Assembly: GCA_964016885.1 (NCBI GenBank)
Contig: OZ024742.1
Coordinates: 108,624,001 to 108,688,000, forward strand
Length of the DNA stretch: 64,000 nucleotides
Direction of reading: 5' to 3'
From: Eledone cirrhosa
Lineage: Eukaryota
In this document: piece after piece, positions 13,212 through 26,815 of the stretch
Layout: each line of letters starts with the position of its first letter
How positions within the stretch are numbered: the stretch's first letter is position 1
Notes under the pieces: model-generated
Seen by the model: only the letters and a program-made list of their open reading frames with translations
Database searches by the model: none
What the model was told of the DNA's origin: nothing
Made by a program: the position numbers and the translations under genes

Positions 13212-14716
13212 TTATTTGTTTCCCTCTGTATTTTGTTTTTGGAGGGGGAAGGAAGAGAATTTTTTCTTTTTGGTTTTATTTTTTTTTCCTGATACCGTTT
13301 CCCACTCCTCGTCGTCACAATCTGTCTCCAGTTGTGATAGGCCGGGGAGTGGAAAATCCTTCACAGGCGTTAGTTTTGGTTGTGGCGTGGTGGATGGAGT
13401 AGGCGCTGGTGCTAGTTCTGAAGCGTTGGGTGGTGGTGGTGTTGGTTTTGCTGGTGGTGGTGGTGTTGGTTTTGCTACTGTTGCTGGGGTTGTTGTTGTT
13501 ATAGTTGCTTCTGTTGTTGCTGCTACAGTTGTTGCTGCCATCTCTGCTACTGGTGGTGTTGATGGTTGAGTCACTGGTGTGGGTAGGAGAGGTGGCCTCA
13601 ACCTTTTAGCCTGAGGGCAGAAAGCCCTTATGTGGGTTCCTTCACCACAAACGACACACCTAGGCCTTCTGCCCTCGACAATTACGGTGAGGTGGCTGCC
13701 GTCAGTGAGGTCTATTACCTCTGGGATCTCCTCAATGCTTTTTTGGTCCGCTTGGATCAGGAGCTCCATCCCAGATCCGGACCAATTCTCCTGCTTTTCT
13801 TTTGCTATTGCTATTATCTTTGTGTTGGATTCGATGCCGGCGAGGACGGCCGCTATTAGCCAGGGAATTTCGATGGCCGGTGGAACGTGGGTCACCCTGA
13901 TCTTTACGAGTCTCTGGCCACAATAGCTTGGGACGAGTGTGAAGTCGTCACTTCTTAATGGGGCCATGGAGTGTTCTCTAGCCTCCTCTGGTGTTTCAAA
14001 GAACATGTCCACGGTTCCATACTTCTGCCCACGTCTGATGTGGGTTTTTCTTGCCCACACATGTCCCAAAGCTTTTTGGATTTGGGACTCGGATGCCCGT
14101 TCCACTCGGCGCGATTTTACATTTATTGTTCGATACAACACGGTGCATAGGCGCCGATGCTCCATTTTATTAGGTGGGGGGTGAGGCTGACCCTGTACCC
14201 ATCTTTCTTTACCATTTGTTTGGCTTTTTCTAAATCTTCTTGAGTTACCGTAAATGCTTCGCACTGTTTTGCTACTCTGGCAAAACTCAGGGTGGTTTTT
14301 TTAATGTCATTGTTGTTGTTGTTGTTGTTGTTGCTATCGTTATTTTTGTTATTATTAAGTTTAGTTTCAGTTGTGGAGGTGGTGACGTCAGTGGAGTTCG
14401 GTTTGGAAGAGTCCATTTTGGTTGAAAATATTTCGACATCACGAGTTGATTTATTTTTTCCTTTTGTTTCTGTTGTCGCGGTGGTGGTGGTGGTGGTGGT
14501 GCTTGTCGCGGTGGTGGTGGTGGTGGCGGCTTTAACACCTGCAGTCATTGGTAATGGCGGGAAATGAATGTCTGCCTGAGACAAATTTAAAATATTGCTA
14601 GTGCTTAAATTGTTTGTGTTGGCAAACGTAGTATCATTTACAATGGTGGTGTCGGTGTGAGGTATTAATTTGTGAGGAAGGCTTTCAGCTGCTTGGTGCA
14701 GAGGTGAATTAGCCAT
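13212..14716 (-). pseudogene. Tx1-like ORF1 (gag-like, zinc knuckle), split across two frames
   Basis: 14716..14123 (Thr/Asn-rich, LSFARVAK) overlaps 14264..13212, which has CVVCGEGTHIRAFC (CX2CX4HX4C), a Pro/Thr-rich tract and EWETVSGKK. Confidence 0.8.
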
Positions 14717-14926
14717 TTTTTTTTCAAAGAAATTTTTTGATAATCATAAAAGTTTAAATTTTGGGCACAAGGCCCCAATCTTTTTGGGTGTCCTTTTCGG
14801 AAAACAATGTATGTGCGCTTATATATAGTTAACAATAAAAATGTTCCATAAATGGCAATTTTTAACAAACGGAAATAACAAACGTTTGCGGAGCTCACGA
14901 TGATACGATTTACTACGTAGGTCGCC

Positions 14927-14957
<31 letters not shown>

Positions 14958-17900
14958 CTTTCTTTATTAACCACAAGTGTTTACATAAAGTAGACATTAA
15001 GGACAGTACAGGATAATACAGGACGATACAAATGGGCATTTCTGCGTGTAAAAAAAGCAAAAACAGGATGTAACAAAAAATAACAATGAAAAATTCAAAA
15101 ATATGGGGGAGACTTCCGAGGCACATTTGTGGAGAAAGCCCATTAAAAGGCCACAGTGACCCTGACCACCAGGGAAAGTGCCCTCTCCCAGTTTTCCACC
15201 TTTAATTTACAGACACATACTCAGAGTAGGCCCATTCACTCGGGCCATACTTGCTTCTCTCACCCATCTTTCAACAAAATGCTGGGAAGAGAACCCTTCA
15301 CACTCTACCCTGATTTTTCTTTTCAAATGAAATTTGAAAAAGTTAATCAGGGCATCACCGAAGAGGTAAGTGCTCGTCTTCAGCCCTTTCAAACGTGTCC
15401 ACCATACTATCTCTTTCGCTATGGCCACCAGACAGATAAAAACTGCCTGCCCTTCCCGGCTAAAGAAAGAGGGCGAGGCAATCCTCACGATGGATTCAGC
15501 TGATAGCTGGATCCGTCCTACACGTGACAGCAGGTGTTCGACATAAACCCACAAGTCAGCAATTCTCGGACACTGGAGGAGTGCGTGCAGGAAGGTTTCG
15601 TCGCTCTGCGCGCATCTCGGACATGCCCGGCTGACGGCACCTCCATGCCTGTAGAGTTTATCCCGAACTGGCAAATCTCCTCGGTAGCACTGCCAGGCCA
15701 GGGATTTCTGGAAGTTGTCCATAGGCCCCTGCCCGAAAGTCCTTCCGAAGAGATTGGCTAGTTGATTTTCGTCGACGCCTAGAGTTTCTCCAAGTACGTC
15801 GTCGCTCTTCCCCGCCACTAATCCTCTATAGAACGCCAAGGTGGAGTTTCCACCGATCACATTGCCCGATTGGTCGAGGGCTGTGAGCGCCTGAAGACAT
15901 TCCAGTCTCCAAGCGGTCTTCGCTTGAACCAGGCCTGCAGCTCCGTCAAGGAAACGAGCTGGGGAAAGATGCGTCTAGCAAAGGGCAACCACACCTGATC
16001 ACCGTCGAGGAAGAGGTGGAGATGTCGTAGTCTGAGCACGTGTCTGCGCATCATCATCCACGACATGCCCAGCCCTCCACGTAGCGGGTGTTGACAGCAG
16101 ATGGACCGCCTGACCATCGGAGCGCGTCCCTTCCACAAAAAGCGAAAGAGCAAACGCTCCAGCGCAGTCAGGCGGGGCTTAGGACAAGGTACGACGGTCA
16201 GGCGGTAGTAGATGACGGCCGCAATGTACGCGTTAGCCACCTCCGCTTGACCTTTCAGGGATAGCTTCCTCTCCGCCCATTTCTGGGTGAGAGAAGCCAC
16301 CCTGCTCGTCACCTCGTCCCAGTTTCTGTCCGTCTGGAGGTCCGGACCGAACCAGACCCCTAGCAATTTAACCGGTCCGTCCGTCCAGCGCCCGACGACG
16401 CTGTTGGACGGCATGGACCTACCTCTCCAGGTGCCGAGCTACAGGCCCACTGACTTTTCCTGGTTGATCATTGCTCCTGTCACCGCTTCGTATTCTCTTC
16501 GTGTAGTGCCGATCGCCTCGATGTGTTTAGCGTTCGACACCACTACGGTGACATCGTCCGCATATGCTGACACGGATCTTCCGCATCCTAGTTCGCGCGG
16601 GACCACCCTCAACGTCTTCAGTTTGTGCAGTAATGGCTCGAGAGTCAATACGTACAAGAGGGACGCGAGGGGACATCCTTGGCGGACCGAGCGCATGATG
16701 TTTAACGGTTCCGAAAGGTGACCGTTCACTCGCACCACAGAGCAGATGTCGCTGTGCATGGCAGCGATCCAGCCTCTGAAGACGGGCCCAAAGCCAGCCG
16801 CCCTCAGGACTGCCGCTAAGTAACGATGGTCGACCCTATCTAAAGCTTTCGACTGATCTAAATTGATCAAGGACCCACCCGTGCCAGGTTCCGTAGCTAC
16901 CCTCTCTACGATGTATCGCATGAGGTGGAGGTTGTCGTGGATGGATCTGTCCGGAATGGCGCACGTCTACGCCTCTCCCACCAGACCACCAACGACAAGC
17001 GCCAACCTCTTTGCTAGCACCTTGGTCAAAATCTTGAACTCTGTGTTTAGCAGAGTTATGGGCCTGAAATTATCTATGTTATCCCCCTTGTTCGGATCCT
17101 TTCTCAGCAGCTCCACAGCTCCTCGGCTCACAGAGCTGGGAATTCTCCCGTTCTGTTGCCAGTTGCAGTAGACGTCCGCCAAGAGGCCTCCGAACACGTC
17201 TGGCATCTGTACGTAAAGTTCATAGGGCAGACCATCCAATCCAGGCGATTTACCCCTTGTGCAGCTAGTCATTGCCTCCCGTACTTCAGCGGCTGTTATC
17301 GGCATCGCAACACTCCATCTCAGTGGCTGAGAGCCGCGGCAGTCCGTCGAAGTAAACGCTAAAGTCCATCCCTCGACCCGGCCCGCCGCTGCCCCCGAAC
17401 AGCTGTGCGAAGTGTCGCTGAAAAGCTTCACACATTTGCCCGGGATCGAGTAGCATGCACCCGTCGTGGTCCACCAAAGACCGGATCGGGCCCATTGAAC
17501 GGCTTTCGTGCTTTGCATTGAAGAATTGGTCAAGGGCCAATTTCACCGCAAGTACGTCGGTCGCGATGCCTTTGCTAAGCGCCTCGTCTAATTTTCTAAC
17601 TAGTTCTCCCTCTGCTCTATTTTTCTCTATTGCTAAAGCCTTACTAAACCTAATGGACTCTATTCTAATCGCTCTTTTCAGAGCAAACCACCACTTGTTG
17701 TTGACGATGGTCACCGTCAACGCCCGCTTAACTAGTTTGCTAATCCGGTCTCTGTAGGCCTTGCGCGCTGGTAAGGACGCGTTTAGCTTCCAGTAGCCGG
17801 GTCCTCGTCTATGAAGCCTATCTAAGTCAAGCACACAGATCACGAATTTGTGGTCCGTGTAGCTGACTATCTTGAATTGTGGACAGCCTATGCTAGACCT

Positions 17901-18278
17901 ATCTATTTCCCTACAAAATACTCTATCTAGATATGATTTGGATGACCCTATGCGATTTGTCCAAGTCCACATTGGCACATTCGGGAAATCCAATCGGTAC
18001 CTGTCAGACAGTTCAAAATGCCTGAGCAGGTTGGTGAGGCTCTTGCACCCTCCTCTCTATCCGCTAATCCCACACAGTCGCAGCGTGCATCTAAGATCCC
18101 GTTCCAGTCGCCCACTAACACTAAAGAGCGGGACATTCCAAGAAAGGTCTCCAGACGCCGGAAGAAATCAGGCCGCCCTGCTCCAGTCGGGGCATAGACG
18201 GCCACTAGCCTGAAAGCTTGCCCGTCTCCTGGTCACATCCAGCACCACCAACTTACCTTCTGGCTCCAGGAAGATGGC
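14927..18278 (-). mobile_element. Second Tx1-like copy (unit C), 5'-truncated within APE
   Basis: Near-identical to 8998-12438; (AAT)n tail at 14927-14955; own frameshifts, deletions and stops. Confidence 0.92.
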
Positions 18279-18976
18279 TGCGCCAGAGCAGGCCCTCAAA
18301 ACGAAGTGGCTGAAACACCATATTTACAAGGAGGAGGCTAGCCCACTGTGTAGGATCTGTGAAGAGAGAGAGGAGTCTGTGGCTCACATTGTATCCGAGT
18401 GTAAACACCTAGCCCAGACTCACTATAAAGGCTGGAGACATGATGTGATGGGCAGGGTGATCCACTGACACCTATGCAAAGTAAACAATTTACCACATTC
18501 TGAGAAGTGGTATGAGCATAAGCCAGAGTCGGTGATGGAAAACGATCAGGTGAAGGTGTTGTGGGATTTTAGGATACAGACGGACAAGAAACTGGTGGTT
18601 TTGGACAAGGGAAAAAGATCGTGCCTGATTGTGGATGTAGCCTGCCCATTCGACACGAGAGTGCAAGAGAAGGAGGGGGAGAAAATTAACCGATACCAGG
18701 ACTTAAAGTGGGAGGTAAAAAGGATTTGGAACTGCCATGAGGTCAAAGTGGTCCCGATTGTCATAGGCGCACTAGGTACTATCTCAAAGAGTTTCCAAGG
18801 AGGGTTAAAGAAAATTGGTCCCGCCCCGCTTTTTGTAACATTCAAAAGGCATGCTTGCTGGGAACAGCAAGAACCCTCCGATACGTCCTGAATATCTGAG
18901 GCTGCAGGTAGTGGCTTGATATTCATTTCAACAAACTTTCCACTTAAATAACATCAATGACTGAGACTCAAAGAAC

Positions 18977-19024
<48 letters not shown>
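18274..19024 (+). mobile_element. R4/Dong-like non-LTR element 3' fragment (zinc finger plus restriction-like endonuclease) with (TAA)n tail
   Basis: AAPEQAL, CRIC..ESVAHIVSEC, RHD, KVLWDFRIQTD, IVDVACPFD, EKINRYQDL, VVPIVIGALG; the RPD motif appears deleted. Confidence 0.85.
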
Positions 19025-19025
<1 letters not shown>

Positions 19026-19939
19026 GCAGAATGTGTATGTATTTTTTCTATATTTCGCTTCTAAAGTTAAATAATTCTAAATATATTGGTATTTACGCAT
19101 ATGTATCGGAAAATTAAAGAAAATTTATAAATGAATTGCTCACAGCATATATTTTACAGAGAGAAAAAGACATATTACATTGAACCTCCAAAAACAAAAT
19201 ATTACAAGGAAATTATTAATGAATTTTTAGTCCAACCCGAGAATGGTATAAAAGAAAATATATTGTAAAATTAGAGAAGTATTTCTTTCTTTTTCAACTG
19301 TTATTTAAATGTGCAGTCAATGAGTCCTTAATTCCTGGTGGAGTTGTTGGGGCACCAGGTTAATGATATATGGTCTGCCCTGTGCATTTAAACCAGGTGG
19401 AGCCCATCGCTCTCCAGATTTGATTACTGCCGATTCTTTCCTGACGAAGAGGGTGAGATAGAATTGGTCACAGGACGTCTATATACTTTATTTATCGACT
19501 TCGAAAAGTTGAAAGGCAAAATTGACCTCGGCTGTATTTAAATTCAGAGTTCATGAAGTTGAAACTAATACCAGGAAGCATTCTATCCAATACCAACAAC
19601 TATATCAATTCGCCCTCTTGATTTATATATATGTATATGCCTTCTGAGTTAGATCGAACGTCATAAAGTCAATATCCGGCAGTCTGCTGTGTCCTTGAGC
19701 AAACACTTTATTTCACGTTGCTATATTCAGCTATAAAATATGAAAAGTACACATAATTCAAAGGTACAGGCTTGTCACACACTGTGACACTCTAAACCTC
19801 CACCACTTCAACCTTAAAACTACGTTAAATATACACGTGTTTGTGGAATGCTCAGCCATTTGCGCGTTAATTTCAAGAGCAGGTTGTTTTGTTACTCCAA
19901 CTGGAACACCGGTCTTTCAGTAGCGCTATTAAACTCTCG

Positions 19940-19981
<42 letters not shown>

Positions 19982-20314
19982 TCATTGTGACAAGATTAAA
20001 TGAAAAGGAATCCAAAGTAAATATATTACTTTAAATATATACCGGCCTGTGTATTTATAACAATAGATTATAATGTGCAAGTCATTTGCACAATGAAGAG
20101 TGTTTTCTATTTCCTAGATTAGTATTTCTGAATACGTTTATCATGACATAAGCACTTCTTCAATAATTCATGTCGTGGAGAGAACTGGTTACCGACGCGG
20201 CTTAAGTCTGCTGTTGCTACTATTCTTGGAAAACTAGGAAAGCAAGAAACAGTTTTAATCACTTACCTCATTTTTCTTCCATTGAAACATTTTCTTCATT
20301 ATTTAAGATTCTAA

Positions 20315-20458
20315 TCTGAAGGCGGTGAATTGACAGAGTCTTTAGAACACTGGATAGAATGCTTTGTGGAATTCGTTCTGGCTCTCTATGAGTTGAATTC
20401 AAAACCCACCGAAGTGAATTTTGCCTTTTATCCTTTCATGGTCAATGGAAATGTACTA
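20315..20458 (+). mobile_element. Degraded tRNA-derived SINE truncated by the CR1-like insertion
   Basis: ggcggtgaattgacagagtc..gaattcaaaacccaccga..tttgccttttatcc matches the 53167 family. Confidence 0.65.
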
Positions 20459-22090
20459 TTCAATTTAATTCAATTCAATATATTTGGCAGAAAATAAAAC
20501 ATAGATGCTTCAGATGCCATGTAAGGAGGAGAGAGGGGCAAAATTTACACAGTCGGAAACACAGTGGTCCAACACCAGTACAATTTTGCCTTGAATTGTT
20601 GTGTGGTTGGCGCGTTGACTACTTCTTCTGGAGGCCGATTCCAGGGTCCAGAGATGCGGATCGAGAAAACAGCTTTCCGTCTATTTAGGCGAAAGCGGCG
20701 GTGAAACAGCTTTTTGTCATGTCCACGTAGACCCATTTCAAGTGCCGGAGTGAATAAGAGATCTTGAGGGAGATCGTAATGGCCATTGAAGAGATTGTAA
20801 GCCAAAATGAGATCGCCTTGTAGCCGTCAAAGCTCCAAGGAGAAGAGGTTCAGCTTCTGCAGCCGGCTTTCATAGGGCAGCTCATGAAGACCCTGTACCA
20901 TTCGAGTCGCTAGTCGTTGAACTCTCTCCAAGTGATGGATATCCCGGATAAGATATGGGTTTGATGCTTGGATGCCATATTCTAGGTGCGGTCTCACGAG
21001 GGCGTCATAGAGAAGCCTGAAAGTTTCTGGAGTGAGTTTGGCAAAGGAGCGTCGAATAAGAAAAAGAGAGCTCCTTGCCTTGTTTGCGGCTTGAATGCAA
21101 TGTTTTGATGGTTTGAAGGACGAGTCAACCAGCAGACCCAGATCTGTAGTCTCCTCAACCTCCTTCAAAGGAGCAGTTCCACCGTTGAAGGTAAGAGCTG
21201 AGTTATAAGGTGTACCCACTGCCATATGGCAACACTTATCGACATTGATGTATAAATCCCAATCAATGGACTAACTCCAGGCGCACTGGAGGCTGGACCT
21301 GAGATTGTCGATCTCGCTCCTACAGGCTACCATTTTCACATCATCTGCAAATAGGAGCACGTTTCCACCAATCACATCCAGCATGTCGTTGATGTATAGA
21401 AGGAAGAGAATTGGGCCCAACACAGGGCCCTGGGGAACGCCACTGCCTACACCCACCCCCGATGACAGACTGCCATTGATCCGAACTCTGCAAGTACGAC
21501 TCTCAAGAAATGATCCAATCCACCTTATAATCGAGTCATGGAGACCGTAGTTGCTGAGCTTATACAGGAGCAGGCGGTGATTGACAGAGTCAAAGGCTTT
21601 GGCGAAGTTGAGAAAGATAATATCGGCCGCATCTCCATCGTCCACTATCCTCGTCACCCATTCTTCCATCACGAGTAGGTTTGTGACACCGGAACGCTTC
21701 GGGATGAAACCGTGTTGATATGGAGAGATGGCAGTGAAAGACGCAAGATGAGCATAATTTCCCGCTTGATTAGAGATTCCAAGGCCTTACAGACAATTGA
21801 GGTGAGGCTCACGCATCTGTAGTTCCCCGGGTCTTATTTGTCGCCTTTTTTAAAGATAGGGCAAATTGTAGCTACTTTCCAGTCGGCAGGAACAACTCCG
21901 GTAGCCAATGGTAGGCTGAATAGTGTGGCTAGAGGTTTAGCAAGGTTGGGTGCAGACCGTCTGGACCATGCCCCATATTCACATCTAAGGACAAAAGCAA
22001 CTTTTCCACCTCATCCGGTCTGACGGTGGTTGACTGCATTGGTGGGAGGATCATGTTTAGATTTGGAGGTTCTCTGCCATCGTCCTTTTT
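20459..22090 (-). mobile_element. CR1/L2-group LINE RT fragment (pseudogene) with (ATTGA)n-like tail
   Basis: FLNFAKAFDSVNH, SGVPQGPVLGPILF, FADDVK, LVRPHLEYG, LERVQRLATR, LRGHDKKL; several stops and frameshifts. Confidence 0.9.
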
Positions 22091-22607
22091 GAAGATAGTC
22101 CAGTACTGGTGTCACTTCTTTCTCCATATTTATTTCTCATTTCCTCTCTATCACGTTCTATCTGTGTGTGTGTGGGGGTGGGGGGCTTTGTTCAAACCTG
22201 GAGAGGGAATGAGTTCCGCCAGGTTTTTGAAATGCCCTAGACTCGCTGAATGGCATCCCTAAGACTTTATATGTAAGTACCTCACTTAGACTGTACCACC
22301 GTCGGTTACGACGACGAATATTCCAGTTGTTCGACAACTAGAACAGCCTGTTCATGAAATAAATGTGCAAGTTATCGAGCATTCCACAGACACTTGTACC
22401 CTTAAAAGTCCGAAAAAAAGTATTTGTACTTCATTCTTTAGTCAATAATTGGAGTAAAGTTTCCAACGTGAAACATGTGCTTGCTACTTTTGCCATTGCT
22501 TTCATTCTTAGTTTAGTTGTTTCCCTGTTTGGCAGTTATATGTGAACAGTAGTGTGAATTTCAATTTTGTTTTGACATTTTGAATAAAATATTACTGTTC
22601 GTGGTCC

Positions 22608-22762
22608 ACCAGTGTGCCGAGGCGCACCTGATTTCATCTCACGGCATATCAATGTGCCGAGATGCTCCTAATTACATCTAGCTATGCATCAGTGTGCCGA
22701 TACATACGTAATTACATTTCATAGCACGACCGTGTACCGTAGCACATTTTGGAATCCCTGAC
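22608..22762. repeat. About 40-bp imperfect tandem repeat ending in a possible hAT-like terminus
   Basis: Four copies of (c)agtgtgccga..ttacat..gca; end reads cagggattccaaaatgtg on the minus strand. Confidence 0.45.
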
Positions 22763-23649
22763 TGAGCGGATTCCTCATAGGCTCAAAATTTCCGTTGATT
22801 TAATCATCTGTACATAATATCAGATGTACACATTAAATTAACAAAATATAATTTTGTTCGTGAAGCTGCTATAATTTGAAGTCGATATTTTATTTCATGT
22901 ATGCTAATGTAAACCAGGAAAGAAACGCAGCTGCAACAAAATGGTGGCAAGTTTGTTTTGTTGTGTTTGTTGAACAGCCATCAAATAGTTTTATAGCCTG
23001 CGTCACTAGTAAACTGTCTTCCATAAAACACTAACTTTGTGTGTGTGTGTGTCTTCATTGTATGCAATCAAACAGCACATGATAATTAAGATGTTGTTTA
23101 AATAACGATGATTCATATAAAAGAAAGAGGAAGCGAAAAAATTAGATGGTAATGACTTTAAAGTATTATTCCCTTACTTCGTTTGTATGCATCAATAATT
23201 CCATACGTGGTTTAGTAGTTAAGGTTGGCTCACGAACTGTATGCCTTGGAGGACTGGCTTTTGATCACGGCGGCACTGTGGGTCCTTGTGTAGGACACAT
23301 TATTTCACGTTGTTCCATCCACTATACTGGGACAAAGAATAAGACATTTGTACCTGTGATTCAAAGACACAATCTTGGTAAACGCTGTCACGCAGAGTCT
23401 CCCTGACAACTAAGATAAGAGATACATGTATCTGTGGAATTCTCAGTGAAGTGCACGTTAATTTCACGAGAAAGCCAATCAAACAACTGGAACATTCATC
23501 CACAGAACCACCGGATGTCTAATATACATGGGTATATATATATTTATACATGGGTGTGTATATATATATATATATAGAAACACAGATACATGCGGACACA
23601 TACATATACATGAATATATCCACATATATCTCTGAATTAGTGGTGCCAA

Positions 23650-24215
23650 CCTCAACCGATGTTGCTCTATGAATAACTGGGACAAAATAATCCGAATGGA
23701 TCAGACTGATTCAGTATCAGAGCTATATAATACATTATGAAGAGAGAAGAAACATTAGATAATTAAGTATCTGTGTGTTTCTATATATTGTTTATAACTC
23801 CCTTTGGTCGAGTAACCTTTGAAGTGTAGTGACTGCAGGAAAGTTATCATTACTCATACTTCTCGCCACCTTAGCCACCTCTTCTACGGCTTTGATATAC
23901 CTCGGTGGTATTTTGATCATGGTTATAAGAGGCTTAGCTCTCTTTCTTGACCGCTGTATCACGTGATTGACTCCCCCTCCGCCTTTCGGGATTCCATCTC
24001 GCGTGCTACGGACGTGTTTTGAAACTCTTAATGAGGTATCCTCTTGATAAGTCGGAAGACCTCACAAAAATTCTATATCTCTCTGATGTAGTGTTTTTGC
24101 TTAATATGCCACGAAACTACGTAATCGTGGAGTAACGAAGGAGTTTAAGTATGATATATCTTATTATTAATTATATCTAATGTTTCTTCTCTCTTCATAA
24201 TGTATTATATATAGA
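23650..24215. mobile_element. PLE pLTR-like fold-back remnant
   Basis: 23723-23760 is inverted versus 24174-24213; bulged hairpin on the minus strand at 23664-23723. Confidence 0.55.
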
Positions 24216-25243
24216 TATTGTTAAACTTTGGGAGGATCATGCTGCCAATAAAAACACATGCACTTGTTGGTTATAAATTTATTATAAATTTCCGGTTGGT
24301 TGGCTCGATAACCGGATGGTTGTTTATATATTGTCAAAGCTCTCCATCACACATTCTGTGACCTCCTCTGTGACTATATTTTTTATTTTGTGTCTCTCCT
24401 TTGTTCTGTCCTACACCATCCTGTTTTTTGTTAGAGAATACAGAACTAAATTCTTGAACAAATATATTTATTAGTTTATAATTATTTCAGAAATCAGATC
24501 AAAATTCAGTTAAAAAATATAAAATTTAGCAATTATATAATCGATAAGAATAGATGATAATGAAACTCCATCATGCGCAGCAATTTTCCACCTAGCCATA
24601 AGTACTATAGATTATTTAACAAAAACAATATTAAGATTTCTTTCTTTACTACTCCTAACCTCGCTGACCATATTACTTTTAGTAACCAGAAGAAACTAAA
24701 CAAACATCGTGCCCCCCTTTCTGTTAATCTACCTCTACCATTTAACCCTTTGGATATTAATAATTCTAACTTTAATAGGTATTCCTTTAACTCCCCTATC
24801 AACTCTACTTCCGATGACACGCATACTAGTTCTATCCCCTTACCTACAAACTTCAATGCCTTAACTGTAATTATACAAATCCTAATAACTGCCCTCTTGA
24901 TGGTCATTGTCTTAGTAATAATGTAGTATATAGATGAACTGTTAACACCCATGGTGACACTAAAACGTACATTGGAGCTACTGCCACCTGTTTTAAGACT
25001 CGTTTTAATTCCCATAAACATTCGTTTAAAATAGAAATTTAAAATTTACTACGTCCTTCAATTTCTTTACACCTATGTATGACCCTTAACTTCCCTTATT
25101 ATAAAACTTAACACAGCCACTAGATGAACACATGATTAATAGTTTGACGTCTTATACCCTAGTATACCTATCTTAGCCATTAAATATGATAATCATACTT
25201 TTCTTTTCTTCTATCTTTATCTTACCCTTTATTTTATGATATA

Positions 25244-26005
25244 CTAGCAGTGGTACCCGGCGTTGCACGGGATAAGGTATTTTTGGAACGCGGGCCGCCA
25301 ACAGACCTAATTGTGGAAAAGGTGCATGCCTGGGTAATATGTAAAGAAAATAAACCGAATACTCTGATGGCTGGATAATCTTTAAGATTTTCCTCGATGA
25401 AGCAGGAAAAATGCAGGTTTTCACCTAATGCGGGCCCTAGACCATAAAAAAGTTGGATTTTCTTTACTCAAGGGATGAAGAAGAGACTGATTAATACATA
25501 GTTACAATTTCAAGCAAATCGATCTGACGTAACGCTTCAAAAAACCTCTAAAAACCTGAAAAAAAACGCAGTGTTTCACCTAATGCGAGCCCTAGGGGAT
25601 GAAAACGTTGAATTTGTTATGTGCATAACACTCCCTGAAACATAAGTAATACACATGTAAAGTTTGGAAAAAGTCGGTTGGGTACTTCTCGATTTTTGGG
25701 GATTCAAACTCACAGACACACACACACATCCTCAGGGAAGTGATGTAATGCAGACAGCCAGACATACAGAAAGATATTATATGTATGCATCTATCTAAAA
25801 AGAGAAAGACTAAGAATTATAGAGAGAGATCGCTAAATCGCCTAATGCGGTCCCTAAAGCATTGAAAATTTGAAATTGTTTTTGCTCAGAACACTCCCTG
25901 AAACATAACTATTACATGTGTAAAGTTTGAAAACAGTCGGTTGGGTGCTTCTCGAGTTTTAGGGATTCAAACTCACACACACACATCCAGTTTTATATAT
26001 ATAGA
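25244..26005 (-). mobile_element. Non-autonomous Helitron nested in the PLE
   Basis: Minus strand 5'-TCtatatatataaaa...cccgtgcaacgccggg-taccactg-CTAG-3', inserted between A and T with no TSD; internal repeats cctaatgcgnnccct x3 and acactccctgaaacataa x2. Confidence 0.8.
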
Positions 26006-26476
26006 TTATAATTTATTTTTGCTTCATCTGTCAAAATATACATTAGCTTCTCTAATTATTTTATACTTAATCATTCCTCTCATTTTAACTCTCTTGAGTA
26101 ATTTTGCATGTTATTTCTTTTCACACCTATATTCATTTTATATTCTACAGTAATGAATAATAATAACACTTCTCATCCTTTTTTTAATTATCTCCTTAGT
26201 ATATCAACATTAACTTCCATTAAGAACCAGATTTTAATTCTTTTTATTATCAAATAGTCTCTCTTTCATCATATGTATGCCCCTTGTTATTTACACCTGC
26301 TTACTTCCTGCTTTGTTGTTCCTTCATTACTTAAACGTTTAACTTACTTCTTTGATTTTAAAAAGTTTCAGTCTGTTTCAGTTCTTCGATTGATAAGTGG
26401 CATGGTTTGTCTTTCATGTTTTTCGTAGTCCCCACCATCAGTGACATGTATATTTGAATTTTATGTTATTTTCTTT

Positions 26477-26605
26477 TTGGTTCTGAAGATGAGGTCAGTT
26501 CTTAGTTCAGTTTTATTATCATCTGTTCATATCGATTATATAATTGATAAATTTTATTTTTATCAACTGAATTTTGATCTGATTTCTGAAACAATTGTAA
26601 ACCAA
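26477..26605 (+). ncRNA. Type I hammerhead ribozyme with about 100-nt stem II
   Basis: ttggtt-CTGAAGA-tgaggtcag...ctgatttct-GAAAC-aatt-GTA-aaccaa. Confidence 0.82.
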
Positions 26606-26815
26606 TAAATATATTTGTTCAAGAAATCGGTATTGTATTCTCTAACAATGTTTATATTAATCCTCTGTCTGTACACTTTTTGCTTACTTTCATTGTTCGC
26701 TTGTCTTGTACTTTATACGCATTGAGCACACTGTCCTCTTCACTGCTAGCTTGTAATTCACACAACTAATCTCCTATCTCTCCTTCTTGATTGGTTTGTA
26801 CACATACGTTTGTAC

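Larger units (their letters stand above)
8998..14926 (-). mobile_element. Full-length Tx1-like (L1 clade) non-LTR retrotransposon (unit B) with (TTA)n tail
   Basis: 5'UTR, ORF1, ORF2 (APE-RT-zinc finger), 3'UTR 9046-9290, (AAT)n at 8998-9045. Confidence 0.92.

Noticed and set aside
9363-18213. Plus-strand ORFs overlapping Tx1 ORF2
   Set aside because: Antisense shadows of GC-rich coding sequence.
22608-22762. Regularly spaced ~40-bp repeats as a CRISPR-like array
   Set aside because: Spacers are homologous to each other, there are no cas genes, and the context is eukaryotic.
24080-24145. Possible hammerhead CTGATGT..cacGAAActacGTA
   Set aside because: Core is altered and stem I is not convincing; at best a decayed copy.
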